The position numbers and the translations under genes were made by a program. Below are positions 10,044 to 19,559 of a DNA stretch of 64,000 nucleotides, in pieces. This DNA comes from a virus: the IMG/VR virus record IMGVR_UViG_3300028841_000078. The stretch is one strand, 5' to 3'. Below the pieces are notes generated by a model. It did no database searches. It saw only the letters and a program-made list of their open reading frames with translations, and was not told the DNA's origin. Each line of letters starts with the position of its first letter. The stretch's first letter is position 1.

Positions 10044-10481
10044 ATGGGCAGCATTGATTTCATTGTGCTTGTGGTTGGGCTACTTGCTGCCATGTTCTTT
10101 ATCGACCGGTCCGTTAAAGCCAGAACGGAGGATTACCGGGTATTCATCAAGTATCTTGAAAGCAAACTTGATGAATGCAACGAGTTCTCAAAGTTCTGCC
10201 TACTGCTTGGGGAGGATGCAGGCGCAAACGGGGATGCTCATATCGAACTTGGGCAAGCCACCATCGCATACGGATACCGAGCAAAAATCTCCGAGTATTT
10301 CAACATGGACGAGATGAGGGTGATTTCATACGATCTTTACGGAGAGAAGTCGTCTGATATTCATGGGGAGACAAAAGATGTATATTCGATGCACCTGTTA
10401 TCCTACGCGGTCAGAACTGGAACGACTGGAATGCTCATCAGTCGCTGCAAAACCGATAGACCGCAGGTGAGGTGGGAATGA
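10044..10481 (+). CDS. hypothetical protein with N-terminal membrane anchor
   Basis: MGSIDFIVLVVGLLAAMFF; start chosen from the class-B promoter geometry. Confidence 0.55.
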   Translation: MGSIDFIVLVVGLLAAMFFIDRSVKARTEDYRVFIKYLESKLDECNEFSKFCLLLGEDAGANGDAHIELGQATIAYGYRAKISEYFNMDEMRVISYDLYGEKSSDIHGETKDVYSMHLLSYAVRTGTTGMLISRCKTDRPQVRWE

Positions 10482-11212
10482 ATCACGTTCCAATTAGCCA
10501 GAGAACGCTGACATCCTACATTGGATTTGTAAGTTCGTTTTTGGTGCTGGTGTTCGCATCAACGCACTTAAATATTCCAGCGTCCAAGCCCCCCGCCACA
10601 GGCATCCATATTCGCATCATTCGCCCCGAAGGGGTGACTGTGCGTGAATCCAAAATCATTCCGGTGACGGTCATGCCCAAGCCCCATATCGACCCACTGC
10701 CACAGGCTTACCCGACCGATGTCTATGAGTCGATCATGAGCGTCTACCCAAGCCCGGAACCGACGCTGGCAGAGCCTCCGATGGAGCCACTGGCAATCAA
10801 CTATGACAATGCGGTGGCGGTGGTGATCAAAAATACCCCGGTCGTCATCGAGCCATTGATCAAGGCCACGGTGCCCGGTGTGGCGCGGCTGACACTTGCT
10901 GCGCCCGCCACGCCTATTCCCAGTGTCACATCGATGTTACGCTATGTGCCGCCCGAATGGGTGTATCGGTCTGCCGCCGCTGCCGGGATGAACCCGGTGA
11001 CCCCTGCCAAGATCGAGCCAACCCTTGAGGGAGGCGATACCCCTAGCCCCACCCCGCAACCCACCCCCACCCCAACCGAATCTCCGCGCCCCTCTCCGGT
11101 GCCGCAGCCCACGCCCACCTTAACCCCGGTGCCGCTTCCAGAACCCACCCCCACCATCGACGCGCTGATTAGCCCGCTTGAGGTGCCCACCCCAATTCCC
11201 GATCTGCCGTGA
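10478..11212 (+). CDS. membrane-anchored Pro/Thr-rich protein
   Basis: N-terminal hydrophobic helix; PTPQPTPTPTESPRPSP tail; RBS GAGGTG. Confidence 0.6.
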   Translation: MNHVPISQRTLTSYIGFVSSFLVLVFASTHLNIPASKPPATGIHIRIIRPEGVTVRESKIIPVTVMPKPHIDPLPQAYPTDVYESIMSVYPSPEPTLAEPPMEPLAINYDNAVAVVIKNTPVVIEPLIKATVPGVARLTLAAPATPIPSVTSMLRYVPPEWVYRSAAAAGMNPVTPAKIEPTLEGGDTPSPTPQPTPTPTESPRPSPVPQPTPTLTPVPLPEPTPTIDALISPLEVPTPIPDLP

Positions 11213-11242
11213 GTTAAACCCCATGCCCGTTACAGTGCGGGC

Positions 11243-11668
11243 ATGGATAACCCACGCAACCCGGCGGTGATTACCGCCACGATCTACGCTGTCATTAAAG
11301 TCGCGCTCTATCTCATCGGGGTCATCTGGCCGAACGCCGCCCCTCACGCGCAATTTGTCACGAGCACCCTCACCCCGATCATCATTATTTTTGCGGTGTG
11401 GCACTTTAGCCAGCCGGTCACACAGGCCGCTACCACGCGCTCACTGAACCGCATGGATGAGGTCAAACCCCCATCCACCCTGCAGAAAGTCGGGCTGGCA
11501 ATCCTGTCACCATTTTTAACCATCGTCGGGGCCATCTTCGGACTCATCATTGTGTTGACCCAACAGCCCGGACCCGGCGGCATTTTTGGGAGTGGCAATG
11601 CGGCAACCGAACCGATTAAGCCGACCGAACCAGCCGAACCGGAGGAACACCGAACCGGCCAGTCTTAA
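11243..11668 (+). CDS. three-TM membrane protein (holin-like)
   Basis: Three hydrophobic segments and a charged C-terminus. Confidence 0.55.
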   Translation: MDNPRNPAVITATIYAVIKVALYLIGVIWPNAAPHAQFVTSTLTPIIIIFAVWHFSQPVTQAATTRSLNRMDEVKPPSTLQKVGLAILSPFLTIVGAIFGLIIVLTQQPGPGGIFGSGNAATEPIKPTEPAEPEEHRTGQS

Positions 11669-11715
11669 CCAAATTGTGATTGTGAGCCTTGCGGTGGTGG
11701 CGTTTTTGCTTGGGT

Positions 11716-13167
11716 CTACCTCAGTCGCAACACGCCCACGGCTTGACCGGCTTCCTCGCCCCACTGCATCTCCATCTCCGACTCCATCAATAAGTCCTCA
11801 GTATCAAGCTCTCCTGATCTTGATGCGTCGTTGTAGATCAGATAGCGCAGGCAGTCCGGTCCGTCCACCTCATCATCTTCAGGCTGACCGTTGGCTTTGC
11901 GCGAGTAGCGTTTGGCTTGTTTGATCAGCACAGCGCACTTGTGATCGATTTCAAGCCTAAATTTGCGAAACATCTCGTCCACCAGTTCATTGCCATCCAC
12001 GACCGGGACTTTGGTATCGATGACCGGAAAGCCCGCATCACGAGCGTCTGCCGCGAACTGATTGGCATTGGGGTCAGGTAAAAAGGTGATGTCGCTACGT
12101 GGGCAGGCCCGGATAATCTTTCGCAGGATTTGCTTTGAGGAGATCTGGTCTTGAGTGGCAATTTCGGCAAAGATGCGATAGACCGATTCCACAATCGGGT
12201 CATCGCGCCACTCGACCTTGACGGTGCGCTCATACTTTTGGCACAGCAGCGCAATCGTCCACGCCTCACCCTCACCTTTGTCGAGGCCAATAATGATCTC
12301 CCCGTCCAAGGTCTTGTCATACCCAAACTCGCCCACATGGATATCGGCAAAGTGCGGGAAGATGCGCCCTCCGGTGGGTTCAACTAGCTCCACCAAAATC
12401 TCACGCTTATACGCCGCCTCGCCAATCGTATAAAACAACTCTTTAAGTTGCTTCTCACCAAGCGCCTCATACACCTCCATTGGCCGCACTGGGCGCTTGA
12501 GGGTAATGTCGCGCTGCATGATGGCAAAGCCGATATCTTGGGCGGTGGTGGGGTGGTGCATCACCATCCAGTCAGGCCATTTCTCAGCACGTTCCTTCTC
12601 GTCGGCCATGACAATATCAATCCACCACTTTGATTCCACCCATTCGCTGTATGTTTTTGGGGCGGTGCCCATCCCGGCAAAAAAGCCCATTGTCGTCATC
12701 AACGTGGGGAGAAAGTTGTGCAAGACCTCAGACTTGACCAGTTGAATCTCGTCCACGATGGCCGCGTCATAGGTGTCGCCGCGCCCGACATCGGGGGTAA
12801 TAAATTCAAGTCTGCGCCAGATGGCACCTTCTGGGGCTTCTAAGATACCGTCCTCTGCCGGGGCAAAGCGCCAACCTTTCGCGCCGAACTCCTTGATCAT
12901 GCCCTTACAGTATTTGACGATCTCGCCCCACCCACCGGAGGTGCGTTTTTTGGTGACCGCGCCAAAGGCGAACTCCATTGGCTCGGTAAAGAATGAGGGG
13001 ATAAGTGCGGTGACGACGCTGAAGGTCTTTCCTGACCGACGACCTCCAGCGTCGATAAGTTTTGAGGGGCCTTCCCGCCTAGCTAAATAGCGACGAATCT
13101 GCCGAAAAACTTCCCTTTGGCGGGCGGTCATAGGGGGAGGGGTAATCTTGACTTGCTGTTGCATCAA
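11716..13167 (-). CDS. terL: terminase large subunit
   Basis: Walker A GGRRSGKT, Walker B AAIVDE, nuclease IIGLDKG, C-terminal DDEVDGPDCLRY. Confidence 0.9.
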   Translation of the reverse strand: MMQQQVKITPPPMTARQREVFRQIRRYLARREGPSKLIDAGGRRSGKTFSVVTALIPSFFTEPMEFAFGAVTKKRTSGGWGEIVKYCKGMIKEFGAKGWRFAPAEDGILEAPEGAIWRRLEFITPDVGRGDTYDAAIVDEIQLVKSEVLHNFLPTLMTTMGFFAGMGTAPKTYSEWVESKWWIDIVMADEKERAEKWPDWMVMHHPTTAQDIGFAIMQRDITLKRPVRPMEVYEALGEKQLKELFYTIGEAAYKREILVELVEPTGGRIFPHFADIHVGEFGYDKTLDGEIIIGLDKGEGEAWTIALLCQKYERTVKVEWRDDPIVESVYRIFAEIATQDQISSKQILRKIIRACPRSDITFLPDPNANQFAADARDAGFPVIDTKVPVVDGNELVDEMFRKFRLEIDHKCAVLIKQAKRYSRKANGQPEDDEVDGPDCLRYLIYNDASRSGELDTEDLLMESEMEMQWGEEAGQAVGVLRLR

Positions 13168-13453
13168 CGACGATCTTAATTCGGATGGCCGCTAACGCAT
13201 CCAACGCGGTCACGGCCAGCGAGTCAGCCATCGCGTCAAACAGCAACAGTTCGCGGTCATCGGTTCTGGTGTTCGGCACAAACCGCTGCCGCTTGGTCAG
13301 GCGCACCCGGCGCGACTTGTTAAGTTGGGCCTCAGCCGCCGCCGCGCACACTAACTTGATTTCCTTTTTAACGATATCGATCAGTTCTAGCACCGTTCGA
13401 TCTGAAAGACTTGAATCATGGGTTACCTCTGGGGGACGAATTTTTTTGGGCAT
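13079..13453 (-). CDS. hypothetical protein upstream of terL
   Basis: ORF overlapping both neighbours in the same operon. Confidence 0.45.
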   Translation of the reverse strand: MPKKIRPPEVTHDSSLSDRTVLELIDIVKKEIKLVCAAAAEAQLNKSRRVRLTKRQRFVPNTRTDDRELLLFDAMADSLAVTALDALAAIRIKIVVDATASQDYPSPYDRPPKGSFSADSSLFS

Positions 13454-13821
13454 GGTTCGCTCTGGGGGGATACTTGAACATGATTGCGTTCTAAGATGGC
13501 ATCGAGGGAAACGGGGACACGAAAGGGGATGTTTGCTATTTCGGTTTCAAGGTAAGTCCTCCCATAGTAATCAAGGATGGACTGGATACAGAGGGCATTC
13601 AGTCCGGGGTCCTTGCCGTGAAGCAGTGTGTGCCCCTCAGTGGTGAGGAGCACACAATTCCATGCTTGATCAATCCAGTGTTGGTCGCGTGGATTTAAGC
13701 CTGAGAAGCCACGTTCCAGCAAGCAATGATGAATCTCGTTACCCACCCCGCCGGTTACCGGGCAGCGTGGCCTGACTCGATAGATGGATTGGTAGAGGGC
13801 AAATGTTGCTTGTTTAGCCAT
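13423..13821 (-). CDS. HNH-like nuclease (possibly packaging-associated)
   Basis: 'CPVTG...EIHH...NCVLLTTEGHTLLH' pattern; lies near terL. Confidence 0.6.
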   Translation of the reverse strand: MAKQATFALYQSIYRVRPRCPVTGGVGNEIHHCLLERGFSGLNPRDQHWIDQAWNCVLLTTEGHTLLHGKDPGLNALCIQSILDYYGRTYLETEIANIPFRVPVSLDAILERNHVQVSPQSEPCPKKFVPQR

Positions 13822-14636
13822 CGTTCAACCTTTGGGTTCAGGCGCTTATACAGTCTGTCGTAGTCGGGCTGATTTTCCGCACCGCGCTTCTCATATCCGT
13901 AGCCAATCATCAGCCGCTTGATGATCTGCCCCTTGTTCAAGCCCTCACCGATGTACTGCGTAATCAGCGTGTTCTCATCATCAATCAGCAGAGTATCGGG
14001 CATGGTCGCGGGTTCCGGCAGCTTTGGCAATGAGACTTCGCTATGAATCCTCAAAGTGTCCCCAGATGAAACCACCTGTTGCAGCATGGGCCTGTTTCGG
14101 GCCTCATCCAGCTTGGCCGAAAGTTCCGCGATTTCGGTGTCTTTGGCCGCGATCTTTGCGTCTTGATCGACCTGCCATGTATTCCAGTCGGTGATCTGAT
14201 CGGTCAGGCGCTTAATCTCGCGGGAGACATCCCCGGCATCCCCGGCAAAGCGAATCACGGTCACGACCGCCATCGCAAAGGAGGGAATCGCGGCGACAAT
14301 GATCTTGGCCGGGGCATACGCCCACAATAGCTTCCCCGCCATTTCAGTATCGGTGTTCTCGACAAAAATATCCGCAACCTGAATTGCGCCACTGACAGTG
14401 ATCAAAAAGAGGCTGGTCAGCATCAGGGCGGTCCTAAAGAAGCCCACCCGCGCCTCCCCGTAACTGTTCAGCGCCAAAATCATGAGTTCCAAACAGGCCG
14501 CTCCGCTGATGGCATACAGCGCCCCGCGAAAGTTGGCCCCGCCAATCTCAAAGAAAAAGACAAGGGTGCCGACCATCTGAATCGCGGCAGCGGCCCAGTA
14601 GCCGATCTTGAACCAGTCCGTCTTTTGGGCGTTCAT
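13755..14636 (-). CDS. four-TM membrane protein with coiled coil (DUF2637/Spd-like)
   Basis: Four hydrophobic helices, coiled coil, C-terminal helical domain. Confidence 0.6.
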   Translation of the reverse strand: MNAQKTDWFKIGYWAAAAIQMVGTLVFFFEIGGANFRGALYAISGAACLELMILALNSYGEARVGFFRTALMLTSLFLITVSGAIQVADIFVENTDTEMAGKLLWAYAPAKIIVAAIPSFAMAVVTVIRFAGDAGDVSREIKRLTDQITDWNTWQVDQDAKIAAKDTEIAELSAKLDEARNRPMLQQVVSSGDTLRIHSEVSLPKLPEPATMPDTLLIDDENTLITQYIGEGLNKGQIIKRLMIGYGYEKRGAENQPDYDRLYKRLNPKVERWLNKQHLPSTNPSIESGHAAR

Positions 14637-14911
14637 ATTTCGTCCACCCCCGGCACATCCTTAAGCCCCTGCACAATAGCCCGGTCTTTCGGGGAATTGC
14701 CAGAAACTAAGTCTGATGCTATATACATTTCAGCCTTGACCAAGGCCTGCGAAACTTTCTCGCTGCTATTGCCAAATTTTGCCACGCCCATATTGAGGAC
14801 AGGAATCAGCATCTCCACCACCTCACCCTCGGTGATTCTGAGTTGCCCTGCAGCGGCGGCGACTGCCCGCTTTGTTTCGTCCGAAACGGTAATCACAATT
14901 CGATTTGCCAT
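14633..14911 (-). CDS. ribbon-helix-helix DNA-binding protein
   Basis: MANRIVITVSDETKRAVAAAA: alternating beta strand followed by a helix; ATG 8 nt below the -10 box. Confidence 0.6.
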   Translation of the reverse strand: MANRIVITVSDETKRAVAAAAGQLRITEGEVVEMLIPVLNMGVAKFGNSSEKVSQALVKAEMYIASDLVSGNSPKDRAIVQGLKDVPGVDEI

Positions 14912-14918
14912 GTCTGTC

Positions 14919-14947
14919 ATAGTAAGGCATGGCGTTACAAATGTCAA
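14919..14947 (-). promoter_or_regulatory. sigma70 promoter TTGACA-N17-TACTAT (leaderless, RHH gene)
   Basis: Near-perfect consensus; ATG at 14911 lies at the expected TSS. Confidence 0.8.
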
Positions 14948-14960
14948 CTAGGTAACAAAG

Positions 14961-14989
14961 TTGACATTTGATACATACGGTGCTAGTAT
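14961..14989 (+). promoter_or_regulatory. sigma70 promoter TTGACA-N17-TAGTAT (leaderless)
   Basis: Near-perfect consensus; ATG at 14997 lies at the expected TSS. Confidence 0.8.
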
Positions 14990-14996
14990 GAACGGT

Positions 14997-15395
14997 ATGA
15001 AGTCTCCGCATCCGATCTTTATTGTTTTGGCGACCCTGTTTGGTGTGGTGATCTCGGTGCTGATGACCAACGAGATTCGGTATACCCTCATCGGGTTTAT
15101 CTTTGGTCTACTCATGGCCCCGCTCATTGCGTGGTACGCCTATGCGCTTGGAATGCAGAAGGCGGTTGATTGGTTGTCTGATTTGCAAGACACCACCCGC
15201 CGCTCTGTCATCATTGAGCAGCGCATGGCTGACCGCGCACCGCAGCGAACCTCTGAACGAGCGCCGGTTCCATTGGCCGCATTGCCAGCCCCGGTGCCGA
15301 ACTACATGGGTCCACGCAGCGAAATGCCCACCCAACCTATTCCTGTGACCACGGTCACGGACAGTGATTCGGACATCCCCTTGATCGTTGGATAG
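14997..15395 (+). CDS. two-TM membrane protein
   Basis: Two hydrophobic helices then a Pro-rich tail. Confidence 0.65.
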   Translation: MKSPHPIFIVLATLFGVVISVLMTNEIRYTLIGFIFGLLMAPLIAWYAYALGMQKAVDWLSDLQDTTRRSVIIEQRMADRAPQRTSERAPVPLAALPAPVPNYMGPRSEMPTQPIPVTTVTDSDSDIPLIVG

Positions 15396-15397
15396 CC

Positions 15398-15520
15398 ATG
15401 AATGAACTGTATCAAAGTGCGGCACTGGTCTTTGTAGGGCTGACGCTTGGGTTGGCCCTACTGGTGGCCGTGGCGTTTGTTATAAGTGCCGTGAACCGGA
15501 GCAATGGAATCGATGAATAA
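15398..15520 (+). CDS. 40-aa single-TM peptide, absent from ORF track
   Basis: MNELYQSAALVFVGLTLGLALLVAVAFVISAVNRSNGIDE*; fills the gap and overlaps the next start. Confidence 0.55.
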   Translation: MNELYQSAALVFVGLTLGLALLVAVAFVISAVNRSNGIDE

Positions 15521-16364
15521 CCTGTATATCGTCACCCGCTATACCCCAGATGGATTTTTGGCCGGGACCATTCCCTCTCAGTGGATGTATGAACTGCAGC
15601 GCATCATTGCCGAACAAGCTCAACTGCTGGAGATGATTCGCTGGCGCGGCGGCATTTTGCATCTGGGTAAGTATGTTGAACTGTATTGGACCCCGATTCA
15701 CCCAGAGCTAAAAAACGCGCTGATTGGCCGCATTGCCATGATTACGCAGGTTCCGGTGTCGGTCGATGTCATGATGGGCATCGAGGTGATTCGAACCCAG
15801 ACCCGCGCCTTTTATGGGCAGAAGCATTCCAAGCTGAAAGAGGTCATCGAGCTTTCAAAGGCCAAGAACTTGAAACTTGCGGTCGATGAGTTCAAGGAAC
15901 TGTATAACTACAGCCCGCCCTATTCAGAAAAGCCTGACCCTAAATCCATCATCGACTTTGACGCTGATGCCGATGCCATCAAGAAAGCTCTCTTGGAGAT
16001 CCAAAAGCCCCATGAGAAAGAAACCAAGATCAAAAGCGCCGGTCATGGCGGCAGCAACCTATCGGCACTTGGCGGCACAATTCATTGCGGTGAGCTATCA
16101 AAGCCCCTCAAAAGCAACATGTTTCCGGCCAGCATCTGGGAGACTTCTTCTATCAGTCCGTGGAATATCCCGATCAAAACAGTGAAAGAAAACACAATCC
16201 CCGGACTAACCAGCGAAGCGTATCTCAATAGTTATTTAGGTGAGAAATATGAACACACACATCCAGACGACCAATCCAACTCAGCCCACCCCGGCAAGGG
16301 GCAGCATTCAGGAAGCGGCAAGAATGATGATGAACCGGGCGCGGGAGATGAACCGACCCTTTAA
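15513..16364 (+). CDS. hypothetical protein carrying motifs shared with tail protein 4190-5602
   Basis: Contains AGHGGSNLSALGGTIHCGEL and SISPWNIPI. Confidence 0.55.
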   Translation: MNNLYIVTRYTPDGFLAGTIPSQWMYELQRIIAEQAQLLEMIRWRGGILHLGKYVELYWTPIHPELKNALIGRIAMITQVPVSVDVMMGIEVIRTQTRAFYGQKHSKLKEVIELSKAKNLKLAVDEFKELYNYSPPYSEKPDPKSIIDFDADADAIKKALLEIQKPHEKETKIKSAGHGGSNLSALGGTIHCGELSKPLKSNMFPASIWETSSISPWNIPIKTVKENTIPGLTSEAYLNSYLGEKYEHTHPDDQSNSAHPGKGQHSGSGKNDDEPGAGDEPTL

Positions 16365-17745
16365 CATCGTCAACATCAACGTGATCGGGGAGCGGTCCAA
16401 TCCCTCCGGTTACGAGTGGCGGGTGGTGCCGACCGGTGCCACCAGCATTGATTCCATCGAGAAGATTGTCGATGACCTAGCGATGGTGGCCGGGTGCCCG
16501 ATTCGACTGATGCGGCGTGAGGGCGGGGTTTACCTGCGCTATGTGCGCCCCGGCGCGGTGTCCGCCAACTATGATGTTCTGCTTGAGGCGGTCAAGGAAC
16601 GGGCGGCAGGCCATATCCCGATGATGGGGTTGGGCTTTCTGCCCAATGGTCGCCCACTCATGGCCCGCCTTGATCGGCCCAACGCCTGCCATGTGGGGGC
16701 GTTCAGCCAGACCCAATCGGGCAAGACCAACATGTGTCAGGTGGCGCTGGCGACCTTGGCGGCGGGGTGCCATCACCGGCATGTCCAGATCGTCATCATC
16801 GACCACAAGGCCAATAAGTCGTTTGCAGCGCTGCTTGGCAAGCACGTTCACGCCCACGCCATCAACAAGCCGCAGTGGTTGAACGCCTTGCGCGACGTGC
16901 GCCGACTGATGGACTACCGCCGGGAGCATCTGGAGGAGATCGATAGTTGGTCACATGTGGTGGTGTATTGCGATGAGTTGGGCGAGGTGGCGCATGAGTC
17001 AGGTTCAGAAATCACCGATCAGTTCGACAGCATCGCCCGCCGTGGGGCTGGCCTCAAGGTCCACATGTTTGTCGCCACGCAGCGGCCAAGTTCCGATGAG
17101 GTCAAGACGATTGTCAACAGTCAGATTGCCTTTCGGATTGTCGGGCGCTGCAGCAGTGCGCGGGAGGCGGTCACCGCTGCCGGGGTAGGGGGCACCGGTG
17201 CCCACCTGATCAATCGCATCGGCCACTTCATCGCGGTCAAGGCCGATCAAGGCGGCGGGCATCTGGACTTCTTTGTGCCGCACATGGATGTCCCCGCGCT
17301 GCCGGAGGCGGACTTGTCAAAACTTGCCAACTTACCCGCCGGGCCAAGCCCGGTGTCATCAACAAAACGTCACATCGATGTGACAAAGGCCCGTCACATC
17401 GCCACGCAGGAACCTGCAGATACTGGCGAGAATACTCCGAGCAACTCGCAGCGAGTGGAGCATAGTGAGGGTGTCACGGGGTTTACTGAGATTGATGACC
17501 ATGACGATTCCCGTTTTATCAATGAGTCGGACGTGCTAGTGGCAGATCTGGTGGCCCGCATCATGTTCATCAAGACCGGCGCATCGGACGGAGCCAAGAT
17601 CAGTCAGAACGAAATCCTACGCCGTTGCAAGCTGACCGACAAGGAGGGCAACCCAATCACCCGACTGGGCGGCGGTAGTTTGCACCCGCGCTGGAAGATG
17701 GCGATGCAGATCGTGGAGGCCACCATTGACACATTGAGCAAGTAA
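16249..17745 (+). CDS. FtsK/SpoIIIE (TraB-like) ATPase
   Basis: Walker A-like SQTQSGKT, IIDHK, Walker B VVYCDELG, RRGAGLKVHMFVATQRPS. Confidence 0.85.
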   Translation: MNTHIQTTNPTQPTPARGSIQEAARMMMNRAREMNRPFNIVNINVIGERSNPSGYEWRVVPTGATSIDSIEKIVDDLAMVAGCPIRLMRREGGVYLRYVRPGAVSANYDVLLEAVKERAAGHIPMMGLGFLPNGRPLMARLDRPNACHVGAFSQTQSGKTNMCQVALATLAAGCHHRHVQIVIIDHKANKSFAALLGKHVHAHAINKPQWLNALRDVRRLMDYRREHLEEIDSWSHVVVYCDELGEVAHESGSEITDQFDSIARRGAGLKVHMFVATQRPSSDEVKTIVNSQIAFRIVGRCSSAREAVTAAGVGGTGAHLINRIGHFIAVKADQGGGHLDFFVPHMDVPALPEADLSKLANLPAGPSPVSSTKRHIDVTKARHIATQEPADTGENTPSNSQRVEHSEGVTGFTEIDDHDDSRFINESDVLVADLVARIMFIKTGASDGAKISQNEILRRCKLTDKEGNPITRLGGGSLHPRWKMAMQIVEATIDTLSK

Positions 17746-18013
17746 CCCTACGATAGGGGTTCAGGTCATCGAGAAGTCGATACGGGGAGGGTAGGGCACC
17801 AGACGTTACGCTGGTGCCCTATTCGTTTTCCCCGCCCCTGAACAGGCACAAAAAAGGCCGGTAACAAGGAGCGTTACCGGCCACACACATAGGAAGGCCG
17901 CTTTGCATCCGGCCTTCATCCAGCCGCCGCATCCGAGGGGAATTGCGGCGATTTGATTTTCCACACCTGACCCCCACTTGTCAATCAGACAGTTGGGCAG
18001 CAATGAGCATAGA

Positions 18014-18316
18014 TTATTGCATCCTCCAGACATAGCGTTGCGCCACAAAACTATCCGCCAAGATATGCGCCCCGCGCCGGTCGCGCACCACATCCCGATA
18101 GCTGTATTCACGCCCACTCTCCTGTGATATCGCCTTGTGGAACGATTGCACCACATGATCACCGGCATCGATACTGACACACCAGCGCGACACCACATCG
18201 ACTAGACCAATATCCACGGTAAAGATCGAGCCGATTTCGGTGTTCGTGATCGGGTCGAGCAGCCGATCTATGCGTTCACCATACTCCCACACCGGGGTTA
18301 TTACGTTGTTCCTCAT
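18014..18316 (-). CDS. hypothetical protein
   Basis: ATG with GGAG RBS upstream. Confidence 0.45.
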   Translation of the reverse strand: MRNNVITPVWEYGERIDRLLDPITNTEIGSIFTVDIGLVDVVSRWCVSIDAGDHVVQSFHKAISQESGREYSYRDVVRDRRGAHILADSFVAQRYVWRMQ

Positions 18317-18839
18317 CAGTTGAACTCCTACCAAGTATCTTCGCAACAATGTTCACGTTTTCAAGGTCGATTCGCCGAAACCCCCCAAATGGGCAGGAGG
18401 AGACTGCCCGATTATCCCAGTGGTTGTATTTATCCCAGACTAAACCGCACGACCGTCACATCGATGTGACAGGTATTGGCTGAGATTGGCCCCAAATTGG
18501 CCCCTTTTCGGCCACGCTTTTGTCACGCCTGAAGCAGCGCCAAACATGCCCCTAGATTCGCTCAGAATGGCCCGTAGCGGGGCAGTAGCACTGAGATAGG
18601 CATCCGTGGCCCGTAGCGCCGTGCTTCGCACGAAATCGGGGCTTTTTCGCGCTTCTGTGCTACCGGTAGCAAAATGAGATATGAATTTTTTCAAAGTTGG
18701 TCCGGCGATGATTTGGCGATGACAGACCGATGATTATGTAGGGTGGGGCAGTAGCGGTTTTGAAATTTTTTTAAGATGGCTAAGAGGGACGGTGCGTATT
18801 TTTGGGCGCAGCGCTAACGTGGGCCGGTTGCGCTGCCCT

Positions 18840-19480
18840 AGCCTATCGCTGATCGATGCCTAGGCGATGCCGTGCCGTGCCCCACTCTATTTTGTGGGCA
18901 TCGCCTGAATCCGTGCCCGCATCGCCTAGTCTATCGCTGCCGCATCGCCTGAACGTTGTCACATCGATGTGACATGACCATGATCAGGGCAGCGATAGGC
19001 GACACCATGACCTGACCATGAGGGCACCATGCCACGCATAGACAGCCACTAGGGGCGATGCCTAGGCGATGCTAGGCAATACCTAGGCCATACCAGCGGC
19101 ATCGCCTGATGTGACACGGAATAGACACATAGGCCACACATAGGCAGCGCATAGGCTGATTAGGAGGGCGATGGCTGAGAAGGGCATGATGCCCACCATG
19201 CCGCTATCCGCTATCCGCATCCCCTACACCATGCCCTACGCCTACACGCTGGCACCATGATCAGGCGATGCCTAGGCGATGCGGCATGGTGTCACATCGA
19301 TGTGACACCGGACAAACGGGCACCGTGTCAGCCTAGGCGTATATCGATAGGGCATGGGGTCAGCGGGGAATAATCGCCGGATTGACACCTAGCAGGGTAA
19401 ATCTGAGACCTAGGGCACCAAATAGGCCATTCACGTTCTATAGATAGTGCGTTTACGCCTAGTGTCGCCTAGGCTGAACC
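18840..19480. repeat. non-coding low-complexity region rich in CATCGCCT/AGGCGATG and CCTAGG
   Basis: Seven CCTAGG sites (18859-19473), three copies of CGATGCCTAGGCGATG, two 16-bp palindromes, no credible ORF. Confidence 0.7.
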
Positions 19481-19559
19481 GAACAATCCTCAGTCTAGGC
19501 GTGATAAATTGACAAGTTTTGACAAGTTCACTAGGCGCAATCTGATGTATAAACCTCAT

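Noticed and set aside
4740-16100. Diversity-generating retroelement (TR/VR pair)
   Set aside because: No reverse transcriptase in the window, and the shared motif differs at many non-adenine, synonymous positions.
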